NCBI GenBank assembly: GCA_019753155.1
Contig: JAIELG010000005.1
Location: 59,350-123,349 of the forward strand
Origin: Burkholderiales bacterium
Lineage (GTDB): Bacteria > Pseudomonadota > Gammaproteobacteria > Burkholderiales > JABEVD01
DNA length: 64,000 nt
Reading direction: 5' to 3'
Shown here: one piece after another, positions 52,841 to 63,392 of the stretch
How positions within the stretch are numbered: position 1 is the stretch's first letter
Layout of the letters: each line of letters starts with the position of its first letter
The notes under the pieces: model-generated
Told to the model about the DNA's origin: nothing
Database searches by the model: none
What the model saw: only the letters and a program-made list of their open reading frames with translations
Position numbers and translations under genes: made by a program

Positions 52841-53496
52841 CCCTGTTCGACCTGGACAATACCCTGCTTGCCGGGGACAGCGATTTCGAGTGGGCCCAGT
52901 TTCTGATCGAAAAAGGCGTGCTCGACCGCGAAGTTTACGAAGCCAGAAACCGGAAATTCTACGAAGATTACAGGGCGGGAACGCTGGACATCCACGAATT
53001 CCTGGCGTTTCAGCTCAAGCCTCTTTCCAGGCATTCCAGGCGCCAGCTCGATCTCTGGCATGCGGAATTCATGGAAAAAAAAGTGAGGCCCATGATGCTG
53101 GATGCCGCCCGCAATCTCATCGAGAATCACAGGGAAGATCTCTGCGCCATCATCACTGCGACGAACAGCTTCGTGACGGGGCCCATTGCCGCGGAATTCG
53201 GGATAGACCACCTTCTTGCAACCGAGCCTGAAGAAATGAACGGCGAATTTACCGGAAATACTGACGGCACGCCCTGCTTCAGGGAAGGCAAGGTCGAGCG
53301 ACTGAAAAATTGGCTGGCTTCCAGGGGCGAAAAGCTGGAACATTTCGAGGCGAGCTGGTTCTACAGCGATTCCCTCAACGACCTGCCCCTGCTCGAAAAA
53401 GTGAGCCATCCGGTTGCCGTCGATCCGGATCCGACCTTGAAAAGTCATGCTCAAAAAATGGGCTGGCCGGTCATAAGCTTGCGATTTCCGTTATAA
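52831..53496 (+). CDS. HAD-IB family hydrolase
   Basis: [29 protein letters not shown]. Confidence 0.92.
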   Translation: MRLALFDLDNTLLAGDSDFEWAQFLIEKGVLDREVYEARNRKFYEDYRAGTLDIHEFLAFQLKPLSRHSRRQLDLWHAEFMEKKVRPMMLDAARNLIENHREDLCAIITATNSFVTGPIAAEFGIDHLLATEPEEMNGEFTGNTDGTPCFREGKVERLKNWLASRGEKLEHFEASWFYSDSLNDLPLLEKVSHPVAVDPDPTLKSHAQKMGWPVISLRFPL

Positions 53497-53532
53497 TCCC
53501 GTGATGGTCCATGCTTCCCTAGCGGTAAATCA

Positions 53533-54855
53533 ATGATCCGCAAATTCATTCGAAGAATTTTCGACAAACCGAAAACCGGGCCGGTCATACTCCCCCTGAA
53601 AAATCACGGCGTTCATAAAGAGCAGGTGAGCGCCTGCGCGAGAAAGACGACATCGGCCCTGCAGGAAGCGGGGTTTAGCGCGTTCATCGTGGGCGGCGCG
53701 GTCAGGGACTTGCTTCTGGGAAGAAAACCCAAGGATTTCGATGTCGCAACCGATGCCGACCCCGACGAGGTTCGCGCGATTTTCCGCCGCTCCCGCATCA
53801 TAGGCAGGCGCTTCAGGCTGGTCCATGTGATGTGCGGGGCGGAAGTGATCGAGGTGTCGACTTTCCGGCGCTCGCATTCGGATGATACCGAAGAGGAATC
53901 CGAAAGCCGGACCGATGTGCATGGCAGGGTGCTCGCCGACAATGTTTTCGGCAACCAGGAAGAAGATGCGCAAAGGCGCGACTTCACCATCAACGCGCTG
54001 TTTTACGATCCCTCCACCGAGGAAATCTGGGATTACCACAACGGCTATGCCGACCTGAAGTCAATGCGCATCAGGATGATAGGCGATCCAGCGACGCGCT
54101 ACAGGGAGGATCCGGTACGCATGCTGCGCGCCGTGCGCTTCGCGGCGAAGCTGGGAATGAAGCTCGACAAGGCAACCGAAGCGCCTGTCAGAGAGCTGGG
54201 CGAACTTTTGCAGCATGTCCCCGCCGCAAGGCTTTTCGAAGAAATGTTGAAGCTTCTGACCTCCGGGCATTCCGTGGAATGTATCCTGGAATTGAGAAAA
54301 GCCGGGCTGCACCACGGCCTGCTCCCCATGCTGGATGTCATTCTGGAGCAGCCGATGGGAGAGCGCTTTGTCATGGCGGCGCTCAGGAATACGGACGGGC
54401 GGATCAGGGAAGACAAGCCCGTATCTCCCGCTTTCCTGTTCGCGGCCCTCCTCTGGCACGAGGTGCTCTCCATGTGGAAAAGCGAACAGGAAAAAGACGC
54501 GAGGCCGATCCCGGCCCTTTATGCCGCGATGGACCACGTGCTCGGCGTGCAGCAGGAAAAACTCGCCATCCCGCGCCGCTACACCGTGACCATCAAGGAA
54601 CTGTGGGGCCTGCAGCCGCGCTTTCTGCTGCGCTCCGGCCGCAGGCCTTTCCAGCTCCTGGAGCATCCAAGATTTCGCGCAGGCTTCGATTTTCTCATGC
54701 TGAGGTGCGAGAGCGGGGAAGTCGACATGGCGGTCGGGAAATGGTGGGAGGATTTCCAGGAGGCATCGGGGGAAGAGCGGGAGGGCATGCTGCTGGTCGA
54801 CGAATCGCCAAACAAGCGCCGCCGCAGGAGACGCCCCAAGACCGTGGAAGCCTGA
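53533..54855 (+). CDS. pcnB: Poly(A) polymerase I
   Basis: VGGAVRDLL, KDFDVAT, IGRRFRLVHV, RRDFTINAL, EDPVRMLRA. Confidence 0.96.
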   Translation: MIRKFIRRIFDKPKTGPVILPLKNHGVHKEQVSACARKTTSALQEAGFSAFIVGGAVRDLLLGRKPKDFDVATDADPDEVRAIFRRSRIIGRRFRLVHVMCGAEVIEVSTFRRSHSDDTEEESESRTDVHGRVLADNVFGNQEEDAQRRDFTINALFYDPSTEEIWDYHNGYADLKSMRIRMIGDPATRYREDPVRMLRAVRFAAKLGMKLDKATEAPVRELGELLQHVPAARLFEEMLKLLTSGHSVECILELRKAGLHHGLLPMLDVILEQPMGERFVMAALRNTDGRIREDKPVSPAFLFAALLWHEVLSMWKSEQEKDARPIPALYAAMDHVLGVQQEKLAIPRRYTVTIKELWGLQPRFLLRSGRRPFQLLEHPRFRAGFDFLMLRCESGEVDMAVGKWWEDFQEASGEEREGMLLVDESPNKRRRRRRPKTVEA

Positions 54856-54856
54856 G

Positions 54857-55345
54857 GTGGAATGGAACCGGGCGTATGTTGCCCTGGGGAGCAATCTCTC
54901 CGAGCCGAAATCCCGGGTCGTCTGCGCTTTCGCGGAACTTGCCGAACTGCCTGAAACGAAGCTGATCGCCCGTTCCAGCCTGTATCTCAGCGCACCGATA
55001 TCGAGCATTCCCCAGCCGGATTACATCAATGCCGTAGCCTGCATAAAAACGCGGCTGGAGCCTTTCGCCCTGCTCGAATCCCTGCTTGCAGTAGAACAGG
55101 CCCACGGCAGGGTGAGGCATGAATCCGATGCACCCAGGACGCTCGATCTCGATATCCTGTTGTATAATGACCTCGTCGTGTCCGAGGCGAGTTTGACCAT
55201 CCCGCATCCCCGCATGCATGAACGCAGGTTCGTGTTGTGCCCCCTTCTCGAAATCGCGCCGGATTGCGAGATTCCGGGTATCGGTCGGGTCGCAACCCTG
55301 CTTCCCGCCCTTTCCGGTCAAATCCTGCAGAAAATGACGGAGTAG
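54857..55345 (+). CDS. folK: 2-amino-4-hydroxy-6-hydroxymethyldihydropteridine diphosphokinase
   Basis: ALGSNL, PRTLDLDIL, IPHPRMHERRFVL. Confidence 0.96.
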   Translation: MEWNRAYVALGSNLSEPKSRVVCAFAELAELPETKLIARSSLYLSAPISSIPQPDYINAVACIKTRLEPFALLESLLAVEQAHGRVRHESDAPRTLDLDILLYNDLVVSEASLTIPHPRMHERRFVLCPLLEIAPDCEIPGIGRVATLLPALSGQILQKMTE

Positions 55346-55348
55346 TGC

Positions 55349-55996
55349 ATGCTTTTCGAAAAATACAGCTATATCGCGGTCGAGGGACCCATAGGCGTCG
55401 GCAAAACCAGTCTTGCCAGGATGCTTGCAGCCCATTTCGGCGATTCATGCAGGCTGCTGCTGGAAAAGCCGGAAAGAAACCCTTTTCTTGCCAGGTTTTA
55501 CGACGATCCCCAGCGTTATGCGCTGCCCGTCCAGCTTTTTTTTCTTTTTCAGCGCATCCAGGATCTGCAGGAACTGGTGCAGCCCGACATGTTCAGCCGC
55601 GCGACGGTCACGGATTTTCTGATCGAGAAAGATCCGCTTTTTGCCCAGTTGACATTGAGTGACGACGAATTCTACCTTTACCAGCAGATGTACGGACATC
55701 TGCAGCCCCAGGTTCCTGTCCCGGATCTCGTGATCTATCTCCAGGCCTCCCCGGAGAAACTGATCGAGCGGGTGAAGCGGCGCGGGATGATCTACGAGAA
55801 GAACATCACTGAAGATTACCTGAGGCGGCTCGTCGAGAGCTACAGCCGTTTCTTTTTGCATTACAATGCGGCTCCCGTTTTCATGGTCAACAGCGACAAC
55901 CTCAATTTTGTCGAGGAAAGCCATGATTTCGACCTGCTCCTGGAGCGGATCGACCGGATGCGCGGCGGAAGGGAGTTTTTCAACCGTGGACTCTGA
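55349..55996 (+). CDS. Deoxynucleoside kinase
   Basis: EGPIGVGKTSLA, NPFL..FY, QLFFLFQR, PDLVIYL. Confidence 0.93.
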   Translation: MLFEKYSYIAVEGPIGVGKTSLARMLAAHFGDSCRLLLEKPERNPFLARFYDDPQRYALPVQLFFLFQRIQDLQELVQPDMFSRATVTDFLIEKDPLFAQLTLSDDEFYLYQQMYGHLQPQVPVPDLVIYLQASPEKLIERVKRRGMIYEKNITEDYLRRLVESYSRFFLHYNAAPVFMVNSDNLNFVEESHDFDLLLERIDRMRGGREFFNRGL

Positions 55997-55997
55997 T

Positions 55998-56783
55998 ATG
56001 CGCCTGACGCTAGGCTCCATGCGGAAAATGTGCGAGGCGGGCATTCCCATCGCAGCATTGACCTGTTATGACGCGAGTTTCGCTAATCTCCTGGAAGCGG
56101 CCGGAGTGGATATCCTCCTCGTCGGGGATTCGCTTGGCATGGTCATCCAGGGCAGGGACACGACTCTTGGCGTTTCAATGGAAGACATGATCTACCATAC
56201 GGAGTGCGTATGCCGGGCATCCAGGCGCTCTTTCGTCATGGCCGACATGCCTTTCGGCAGCTATCAGGAAACCCCGGAGATGGCTTTTTCCAATGCCGCA
56301 AAACTTCTTGCGGCAGGCGCGCATATGGTCAAGGTCGAAGGGGCGCTGTACGATACAGTCCGCTTCCTTTCCGATCGCGGCATTCCCGTCTGCGCCCATA
56401 TCGGACTCACGCCGCAGTCGGTGCATCGCCTCGGCGGTTACAGGGTTCAGGGAAAAAGCGAAGAGGATGCAAAACGCCTACTGGCGGAGGCGGGCGCACT
56501 GCAGCAGGCCGGAGCGTCCATGCTGCTTCTGGAGGCGATTCCCGGTGATCTTGCCCGAAGCATCACCGCCGGCATCTCCATACCGACAATCGGGATCGGG
56601 GCGGGGCGTGCATGTTCGGGCCAGGTGCTCGTGCTCTACGACATGCTCGGGATTTATCCCGGCAAACAGGCGAGATTCGTGAAAAATTACATGACGGATG
56701 CCGCCGACATCCATGATGCGGTCAAGCGCTACGTGGACGAAGTCAGGCACGGCCTTTTTCCCGGACAGGAACATACCTTCTGA
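55998..56783 (+). CDS. panB: 3-methyl-2-oxobutanoate hydroxymethyltransferase
   Basis: LLVGDSLGM, DMPFGSY, HIGLTPQS, TIGIGAG. Confidence 0.97.
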   Translation: MRLTLGSMRKMCEAGIPIAALTCYDASFANLLEAAGVDILLVGDSLGMVIQGRDTTLGVSMEDMIYHTECVCRASRRSFVMADMPFGSYQETPEMAFSNAAKLLAAGAHMVKVEGALYDTVRFLSDRGIPVCAHIGLTPQSVHRLGGYRVQGKSEEDAKRLLAEAGALQQAGASMLLLEAIPGDLARSITAGISIPTIGIGAGRACSGQVLVLYDMLGIYPGKQARFVKNYMTDAADIHDAVKRYVDEVRHGLFPGQEHTF

Positions 56784-57613
56784 TGGAAGTGTTCCAGAGT
56801 ATTTCCGCCTTGCGCGTAAGGCTCAAGCGCGAAGCGAGCATCGCTTTCGTGCCCACCATGGGGAACCTGCACGAAGGCCACCTGGACCTGATGCGGATTG
56901 CGAAAACCCATGCAGGCTGCGTCGTTGCCAGCATATTCGTCAACCGGCTCCAGTTCGGGGTCGGGGAGGATTTCGAGCGCTATCCGCGCACTTTTTCCGA
57001 GGACTGCGCAAAACTCGAAGGCGTGGACATGGTTTTCGCTCCGCTGGAATCCGAGCTTTATCCCGTTCCCCAGGAAGTGACGGTCGATTTGCCTGAAATT
57101 GCCGATGAATTGTGCGGCGCGCACCGGCCCGGACATTTTCGCGGCATGGCAACCATCGTTTTGAAGCTTTTCAATATTGTCCAGCCCGATTTCGCGGTCT
57201 TCGGCAAAAAAGATTACCAGCAACTGCATCTCGTCAAAAAGATGGTCGCGCAACTCGATCTTCCGATTGCAGTCATCGCAGGGGAGACGATGCGCGAGTC
57301 CGATGGGCTTGCAATGAGTTCGAGAAACCGTTATCTCCTGCCGGAGGAGCGGGCTGAGGCGAAGCACCTGCACCTGAGTCTGGAGAAAATAAGGCAGGCG
57401 GTAATTTCCGGCGACATGGATTTCAAGTCGCTTGAATCGGCTGCCGGAGCAGAGCTCGAAAGCCGCGGCTGGCGGGTCGATTATGTCGAGATCAGGGAAG
57501 CTGAAAGTCTTTCGAAACCCGCCGCCGGGGAGAGGAAACTCGTTGTCCTGGCTGCCGCATGGATGGGAAAAACCCGCCTCATCGACAATGTGGAGATTTG
57601 TATCGGGGATTGA
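56783..57613 (+). CDS. panC: Pantoate--beta-alanine ligase
   Basis: [38 protein letters not shown]. Confidence 0.97.
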   Translation: MEVFQSISALRVRLKREASIAFVPTMGNLHEGHLDLMRIAKTHAGCVVASIFVNRLQFGVGEDFERYPRTFSEDCAKLEGVDMVFAPLESELYPVPQEVTVDLPEIADELCGAHRPGHFRGMATIVLKLFNIVQPDFAVFGKKDYQQLHLVKKMVAQLDLPIAVIAGETMRESDGLAMSSRNRYLLPEERAEAKHLHLSLEKIRQAVISGDMDFKSLESAAGAELESRGWRVDYVEIREAESLSKPAAGERKLVVLAAAWMGKTRLIDNVEICIGD

Positions 57614-57659
57614 CTCGATTTATACTGTGAAGCTTTTTCAGGTCAAGACCGGATATTTC

Positions 57660-58037
57660 ATGCAAAGAACCATGTTGAATTCGAAACTTCACAGGGTGCG
57701 GGTGACGCATTCCGAGCTGCATTACGAGGGTTCCTGCGCGATCGACGAAAACCTGCTCGATGCCGCCGATATCAGGGAATATCAGCAGATCGACATCTAC
57801 AACGTGACGAACGGGGAACGCTTCACGACCTATGCGATCCGGGGAGAGCGGGATTCCGGCATCATTTCCGTGAACGGCGCCGCCGCCCACAAGGCTGCTC
57901 CCGGGGACATCCTCATCATAGCGGCCTATGCCAGCCACGACGATGCGGAACTCGCCCGGTTCAAGCCCAGGCTGGTCTATGTGGACGAATCGAACCGGAT
58001 CGTTGCCGAGCGCAGCAGCATTCCGGTGCAGCGTTAA
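57660..58037 (+). CDS. panD: Aspartate 1-decarboxylase
   Basis: SKLHR, YEGS cleavage site, [16 protein letters not shown]. Confidence 0.97.
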   Translation: MQRTMLNSKLHRVRVTHSELHYEGSCAIDENLLDAADIREYQQIDIYNVTNGERFTTYAIRGERDSGIISVNGAAAHKAAPGDILIIAAYASHDDAELARFKPRLVYVDESNRIVAERSSIPVQR

Positions 58038-58039
58038 GC

Positions 58040-58519
58040 TTAATGATGATGATCGTCGTCTTCGTGAGTATGCCCATGTTCGATTTCCTCTGATGAGGCA
58101 GGGCGAACTCCTGTCACTGTGCAGGTGAACTTGAGCTTCATCCCTGCAAGGGGATGGTTGCCGTCGACGACGACCTTGTCCGGCGTCACATCCGTCACGG
58201 TGTAGACCAGCATGTCCTCCGACTCTTCCTCTCCGCCTTCGAAACGCATTCCGATTTCGACTTCTTCAGGGAAGAGATCCCTCGGTTCGACCCGGATCAG
58301 GTTGGGATCGATTTCCCCGAAAGCATTTTCCGGTTCCATTTCGACCGTGCATGAAAACCCGACCATTTTTTCGTGCAACTCCTCTTCGACCTGGGGAAAT
58401 ATCCCATCGTAACCGCCATGCAGATAACTGACAGGCGCTTCGGTCTTCTCGAGCAGGGTTCCGGATTCGTCGGCCAGTTCGAAATTGAGGGATACCACAG
58501 TGTTTTTTTCGATGCGCAT
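58040..58519 (-). CDS. slyD: FKBP-type peptidyl-prolyl isomerase SlyD
   Basis: YLHGG, DGNHPLAG, EEIEHGH and a short His tail. Confidence 0.93.
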   Translation of the reverse strand: MRIEKNTVVSLNFELADESGTLLEKTEAPVSYLHGGYDGIFPQVEEELHEKMVGFSCTVEMEPENAFGEIDPNLIRVEPRDLFPEEVEIGMRFEGGEEESEDMLVYTVTDVTPDKVVVDGNHPLAGMKLKFTCTVTGVRPASSEEIEHGHTHEDDDHHH

Positions 58520-58610
58520 GATCCAGCCATCCATGAAGTTGAGTTGTACGCGAATTCTAACCGATTTTGCGAAGGTATGAAGATTTTTGTATCGCACTTA
58601 TAATGCGGGA

Positions 58611-59726
58611 ATGCTCGGCGATCTGACCCCATCCGAATTCCTGCGGGAGTATTGGCACAAGAAGCCGCTACTGATCCGCAGCGCCTTCCCCGGCTTCAAA
58701 GGACTGTTGAGTCCTGAGGCGCTGGTGGAACTTTCCTGCATGGAAGAAACGCAGTCGCGTCTCGTGACCTGCGACAATGGCACCTGGTCTCTGGAGAACG
58801 GGCCGTTCGAAAAAAAGGATTTCAGGAGGCTGCCGAAATTCTGGACGCTACTCGTCCAGGGCGTGAATCACTTCGTCGTGGAAGGGGAGCGCCTGCTCAT
58901 GCAGTTCGATTTCGTCCCCCGCGCCCGGCTCGACGATCTCATGGTCAGTTTCGCTCCGGATGGTTGCGGGGTCGGGCCGCATTTCGATTCCTACGATGTT
59001 TTTCTGCTCCAGGGCATGGGAAAGCGGAAATGGCAGATTTCGGCAAATCAGGATCAGGATTTGATTCCGGATGCGCCGCTCAGGATACTGAGCCGCTTCG
59101 AACCCACGGAAGAATGGGTGCTCGAACCCGGCGACATGCTTTATTTGCCGCCGAAATATGCGCATAACGGCATCGCAATAGGCGATTCGATGACCTATTC
59201 CATCGGTTTCAGGGCGCCGAGCTACCAGGAACTCGCAACCCAGTTCCTCGTCCACCTTCAGGATCATATCGAAATCGACGGGATGTACGAAGATCCGGAT
59301 CTCGAAAAACAGGATCACCCCGCGCAAATCGGAAAAGGCATGCTGCAAAAGATATCGGGCATCTTGAAGCGCATCAGTTGGGATGATGGCGAGGTGGAAC
59401 GTTTTATAGGCGTGTATCTCTCCGAACCGAAGCCCCACCTTTTTTTCGATCCGCCCGATCGTCCCGTATCGAAAAAGAAATTTCTCGATACGATGGAAAA
59501 AGATGGAATTCATCTGGATCTCAAGTCGCAGATGTTTTTCACTCAGGACAATGTATTCATCAATGGGGAAATCCTGGCTTTCGGGAATTTGGACCGGCTT
59601 TTTTTGATGTCCCTTGCGGATAATCGCGAATCGGATCCCGAAAAGACGGATGCTCAAACCGGGGCGTTGCTTTACCAGTGGTACAAGGACGGCTATATTG
59701 GAACAGGGCGGCTGTTCAGGGAATGA
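58611..59726 (+). CDS. JmjC/cupin ribosomal protein uL16 hydroxylase (RoxA/YcfD-like)
   Basis: YWHKKPLLIR, RLDDLMVS, GPHFDSYDVFLLQG, LEPGDMLYLPP. Confidence 0.9.
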   Translation: MLGDLTPSEFLREYWHKKPLLIRSAFPGFKGLLSPEALVELSCMEETQSRLVTCDNGTWSLENGPFEKKDFRRLPKFWTLLVQGVNHFVVEGERLLMQFDFVPRARLDDLMVSFAPDGCGVGPHFDSYDVFLLQGMGKRKWQISANQDQDLIPDAPLRILSRFEPTEEWVLEPGDMLYLPPKYAHNGIAIGDSMTYSIGFRAPSYQELATQFLVHLQDHIEIDGMYEDPDLEKQDHPAQIGKGMLQKISGILKRISWDDGEVERFIGVYLSEPKPHLFFDPPDRPVSKKKFLDTMEKDGIHLDLKSQMFFTQDNVFINGEILAFGNLDRLFLMSLADNRESDPEKTDAQTGALLYQWYKDGYIGTGRLFRE

Positions 59727-59727
59727 A

Positions 59728-60216
59728 ATGATGACTGAGGCGATCCACCGCAAGCTTCATGGACTCGCAGAGTATTCGGCTGCGATCGACGAAGTCATTT
59801 CGCTTGCCGGGCGCCATATCCGGATATTCGATTACAACCTGGAAAACATGGGATTCAACGGCGTTGCGAGATACGAAACGCTGCACGCATTTCTCCAGGC
59901 AAACCCGGAAAACCGCTTGTCGGTAGTCGTGCATAGCCCGGATTATTTGAACAGATACTGTCCGCGCATGATTATGCTGCTCAAGCGGTTCAGCCATAAC
60001 ATGGAAATCAGGCAGACATTGCCTGAAATTGCCCATGTTTACGATCCTTTCTGTCTTGCCGACGGCGAGCATTATGTCCGCCGATTCCATTTCGACGACC
60101 CCCGCGGCATTTTCGCGCAATGCGATGCGCATGAAGGGCGCGCCCTGATGCTGCGATTCGAACAGGTTTGGCAGGCTTCGGCACCAGTTATTTACGCTAG
60201 CACGACAGGATTATGA
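59728..60216 (+). CDS. Conserved hypothetical protein downstream of the roxA-like gene
   Basis: Starts immediately after the cupin stop; IRIFD...PR....LKRFSH...DGEHYVRRFH. Confidence 0.75.
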   Translation: MMTEAIHRKLHGLAEYSAAIDEVISLAGRHIRIFDYNLENMGFNGVARYETLHAFLQANPENRLSVVVHSPDYLNRYCPRMIMLLKRFSHNMEIRQTLPEIAHVYDPFCLADGEHYVRRFHFDDPRGIFAQCDAHEGRALMLRFEQVWQASAPVIYASTTGL

Positions 60217-60345
60217 GAAAATTATGATAGGCCACTGGAAAATTTTGTCAAACCTGCTAAAATTGCAGCGTCGGTCGAATTTCAAGCTTTCGGATGGCCG
60301 ATTGCTATTCAAGTTTTGTATTAACTTTAATTTAGGGAACTAATA

Positions 60346-60558
60346 ATGAAGCGCTCGCTCCTCCTTGCTGCCTTAATTGGACTTACTTTGTCTGCTTGCG
60401 GCGAAAAACCCGCACCGGCTCCTGCCGAAACACCGGCACCGGCTGCTGAAGCGCCCGCTGCTCCTGCTGCTCCTGCTGCTCCTGCTGCCAGCGATGCATC
60501 CGCTGCTGCTCCTGCTGCTCCTGCTGCACCTGCCGCACCTGCTGAAGCTCCCAAGTAA
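60346..60558 (+). CDS. Small Pro/Ala-repeat lipoprotein (H.8/Lip-like)
   Basis: LSAC lipobox, then (PAA)n/AAEAP repeats; 9-bp GCTCCTGCT repeats. Confidence 0.85.
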   Translation: MKRSLLLAALIGLTLSACGEKPAPAPAETPAPAAEAPAAPAAPAAPAASDASAAAPAAPAAPAAPAEAPK

Positions 60559-60575
60559 GTTTCAATTGCTTGACG

Positions 60576-60604
60576 GAAAAGCCGGCCCTGTGCCGGCTTT
60601 TTTC
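60576..60604. terminator. Bidirectional intrinsic terminator
   Basis: GAAAA-GCCGGC-CCTGT-GCCGGC-TTTTTT between convergent genes. Confidence 0.88.
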
Positions 60605-60606
60605 GT

Positions 60607-61371
60607 TCATATCTGACGCCAGCCGAACCCTTCGCTTTGACAGGCGACGCCGATCCATTCCGGGCTGCAGCCCATGGCTTCGCATAACGCATGCCTTGCA
60701 AGCTCAGGGGTATTGTTCTTCCGGCTGAGATGCGCTGCGATGACATGCTGCAGGCGGCTTTGATCCAGCCTCGCCAGAAGTTCGCCGGAACTGCCGTTGT
60801 CGAGATGTCCGTAACGACCGGATATGCGCCGGATCAGGCTCTGAGGGTAGGCGCTCTTCGCCAGCATTTGCGCATCATGATTGCATTCCAGGACCAGGGC
60901 ATGGCATCCGCTCAATGTCGCTTCGATATGGGGGGTCGAACTGCCGGTATCCGTAATCACCCCCAGCCTTTTTGCCCCGTTGCCGAAAACGAATTGAACG
61001 GGTTCCCGCGCATCGTGCGGGACCGGGAAAGGTTCGATCTCGATGCCGTCCACTTCGAAGCGCTGATAGCCTTCGATCATGGAAACCTGCGGCAGAAGCG
61101 AGAAAGCGTCCTGATTTGCCCTGAAAGTGCCGAAAGTCAGCCATACGGGAAGATTGAATTTCCGTGCGAAGCGCAAAACGCCGCCGGAATGATCCTCATG
61201 CTCGTGCGTGACGAGTATTGCGGACAGATCATCCGGGGAGAGGGAAAGACGTGCGAGCCGCGATATCGCATCGCGCAGCCCGAGTCCGCAGTCGAGCATG
61301 ACCCGCGTCCCGCCCGATTCGACGACCAGCGCGTTGCCTTCGCTGCCGCTGGCGAGGGAAGCGAAGCGCAT
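60607..61371 (-). CDS. Metallo-beta-lactamase fold hydrolase (YycJ-like)
   Basis: LASGSEGN, THEHEDH, VPHDAREP, LECNHD, GHLDN, AHLSRKNN. Confidence 0.92.
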   Translation of the reverse strand: MRFASLASGSEGNALVVESGGTRVMLDCGLGLRDAISRLARLSLSPDDLSAILVTHEHEDHSGGVLRFARKFNLPVWLTFGTFRANQDAFSLLPQVSMIEGYQRFEVDGIEIEPFPVPHDAREPVQFVFGNGAKRLGVITDTGSSTPHIEATLSGCHALVLECNHDAQMLAKSAYPQSLIRRISGRYGHLDNGSSGELLARLDQSRLQHVIAAHLSRKNNTPELARHALCEAMGCSPEWIGVACQSEGFGWRQI

Positions 61372-61374
61372 CGA

Positions 61375-62469
61375 TCACTTCAATTGTTCGAAAAGCAGCC
61401 TCAATATTCTTGCGGAAGTTTCGGTGTGCTCCGAAAAACCGTCCTTGTCGAGAACGGATATGGCGCTGCCGGCGCTGGATGCCTTGACCTGGATTCGGTA
61501 CTTCTGGGGCTTGATCTGCTCCTTGTCTTTCCAGAATGCGAGGCTGGACAGGAAGCCCTTGTCCTGGCCTTTTATCTCCGGATCGGCATAATTCACGAAA
61601 TAAATCCCCTTCGAGCGATCCTGATCTTCCACGGTGAAGCCTATTCTGTCGAGCGCGAGGCCGACGCGGCGCCATGAGCGATCGATCGGGGTGTCGAGGG
61701 TGATATTGTTGTCCTGATCGGAGAGCTTCGCGTGAGTCGGTTCGGCCTCGGCTGCCCTGGCTTCGTTCTCAGGCATGCCGAAACTGGTCATGAGGCGGCT
61801 CAGCATTTCGGCTTCGAGTCCGGGGTTTGGAGGTGCCGGCTGCCATACCGTTTCACCTGTCGCAGACAGGGTGTTTTTCGTGACTTCTTCCATGCCCTGT
61901 CGGCTGAGGTAAATTTCGGTGGTCTTGCCGTCTGCGCCGCGTTCGAGGCGAGCGTGATATTTGCTGCGTATTCCGGTCGAATAGATGCTGCCCAGGTATT
62001 TGTGCAAAATGCCGCGTATCCCGCCCTGCTCGATGTCAGGATTCGTTTCTTCCCAGTTCGTTTCCATGATGCCGATTTTGGAATCCTCGATCTTGAGCGT
62101 ATAGCCCATTTTCACCCAGAATTCCTTGACTTTCGGCCAGACCGCATCGGGCGTTCCCTGGACAACGAGCCATCTCTCGGTTCCCTCGCGTTCGATGTGG
62201 GCCGACTGGATTTGCGGCAACACGGCATTTTCCTGGGGATGCTGCGCTTCTTCCTTCTGGTAAGTCGAAAGGGTGACCGTTCCGGACTCGGGAATGCTGT
62301 AGCGGTCGTTTTCGGACGGTTTGGTGAGGTCAGGCGGCACTTCGAGATCGGCCCCCGGTTTTGCCGAAGGGTAGCCATTTTTGTCTGCAAAGGGCAGGTG
62401 GCTGCAACCTGTCATCATGAGCGCCGATGAACACAGGGCGATCATGACATGCATGCGGTTAATTTTCAT
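61375..62469 (-). CDS. bamC: Outer membrane protein assembly lipoprotein BamC
   Basis: MTGC lipobox, LEVPPDLT, GIMETNW, WRRVGLALDRIGFTVED; follows dapA. Confidence 0.9.
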   Translation of the reverse strand: MKINRMHVMIALCSSALMMTGCSHLPFADKNGYPSAKPGADLEVPPDLTKPSENDRYSIPESGTVTLSTYQKEEAQHPQENAVLPQIQSAHIEREGTERWLVVQGTPDAVWPKVKEFWVKMGYTLKIEDSKIGIMETNWEETNPDIEQGGIRGILHKYLGSIYSTGIRSKYHARLERGADGKTTEIYLSRQGMEEVTKNTLSATGETVWQPAPPNPGLEAEMLSRLMTSFGMPENEARAAEAEPTHAKLSDQDNNITLDTPIDRSWRRVGLALDRIGFTVEDQDRSKGIYFVNYADPEIKGQDKGFLSSLAFWKDKEQIKPQKYRIQVKASSAGSAISVLDKDGFSEHTETSARILRLLFEQLK

Positions 62470-62488
62470 AGTTCCATTCCCATACAGT

Positions 62489-63367
62489 TCATAGTGTTAT
62501 CCCGGCTTCCCTCATCGCAGTCAGAACCGTTTCGTGGTGACAGTTCTGGAGTTGCGTCAGGGGCAGCCGCAGCGCGGGACCGATCAGGCCCATTTTCGAT
62601 ACGGCCCATTTTACAGGAATCGGATTCGCCTCGACGAAGAGGTTGCGATGCAGCCCGAGCAATTTGTCGTTGATCGCGCGCGCGGCAGCGACATCGCCGA
62701 TAAGCGCCGCTGCGCACATCAGATGCATCAACTTCGGCGCCACGTTGGCCGTGACGGAAATGGCGCCTTGCGCCCCCAGGAGCATCAAGGCGAGCGCACT
62801 CGCATCGTCTCCGCTGTAAACCGAGAATCCTTGCGGCGATTTCAGGATGAGGTCGGAGCCGCGCTCCATGTTGCCGGTCGCATCCTTGATGCCGATGATG
62901 TTCGGGATTTCCGCCAGACGCAGCACGGTTTCATTGGAAATGTCGGCGACGGTCCTGCCCGGAACATTGTAGAGGATCATCGGGATGTCCACGGCTTCGG
63001 CGATCGCCTTGAAATGCCGGTACAAGCCTTCCTGGGAGGGTTTGTTGTAATAGGGGACGACCGAAAGAGTGGCGTTTGCCCCGGCTGCTTTCGCGTAGAT
63101 CGAAAGTTCGATCGCTTCCCTGGTGGAATTCGCGCCGGTTCCCGCGATCACGGGAATGCGTCCTGCGGCATGCTCGACGCTGGTCGCGATCAGCAGCCGG
63201 TGTTCGTCGAAATCCACGGTGGGGGATTCCCCTGTCGTGCCGACGACGACGATGCCGTCCGTTCCTTCTGCAATATGAAAATCGAGGAGCGAGCGCAGTC
63301 TGATGAGATCCAGAACCCCATCATCCTGCATGGGCGTGACTACCGCAGCCAGACTGCCTTTTAGCAT
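62489..63367 (-). CDS. dapA: 4-hydroxy-tetrahydrodipicolinate synthase
   Basis: [35 protein letters not shown]. Confidence 0.98.
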   Translation of the reverse strand: MLKGSLAAVVTPMQDDGVLDLIRLRSLLDFHIAEGTDGIVVVGTTGESPTVDFDEHRLLIATSVEHAAGRIPVIAGTGANSTREAIELSIYAKAAGANATLSVVPYYNKPSQEGLYRHFKAIAEAVDIPMILYNVPGRTVADISNETVLRLAEIPNIIGIKDATGNMERGSDLILKSPQGFSVYSGDDASALALMLLGAQGAISVTANVAPKLMHLMCAAALIGDVAAARAINDKLLGLHRNLFVEANPIPVKWAVSKMGLIGPALRLPLTQLQNCHHETVLTAMREAGITL

Positions 63368-63392
63368 ATTCTCGAACTGTCCGAAAAATTGC

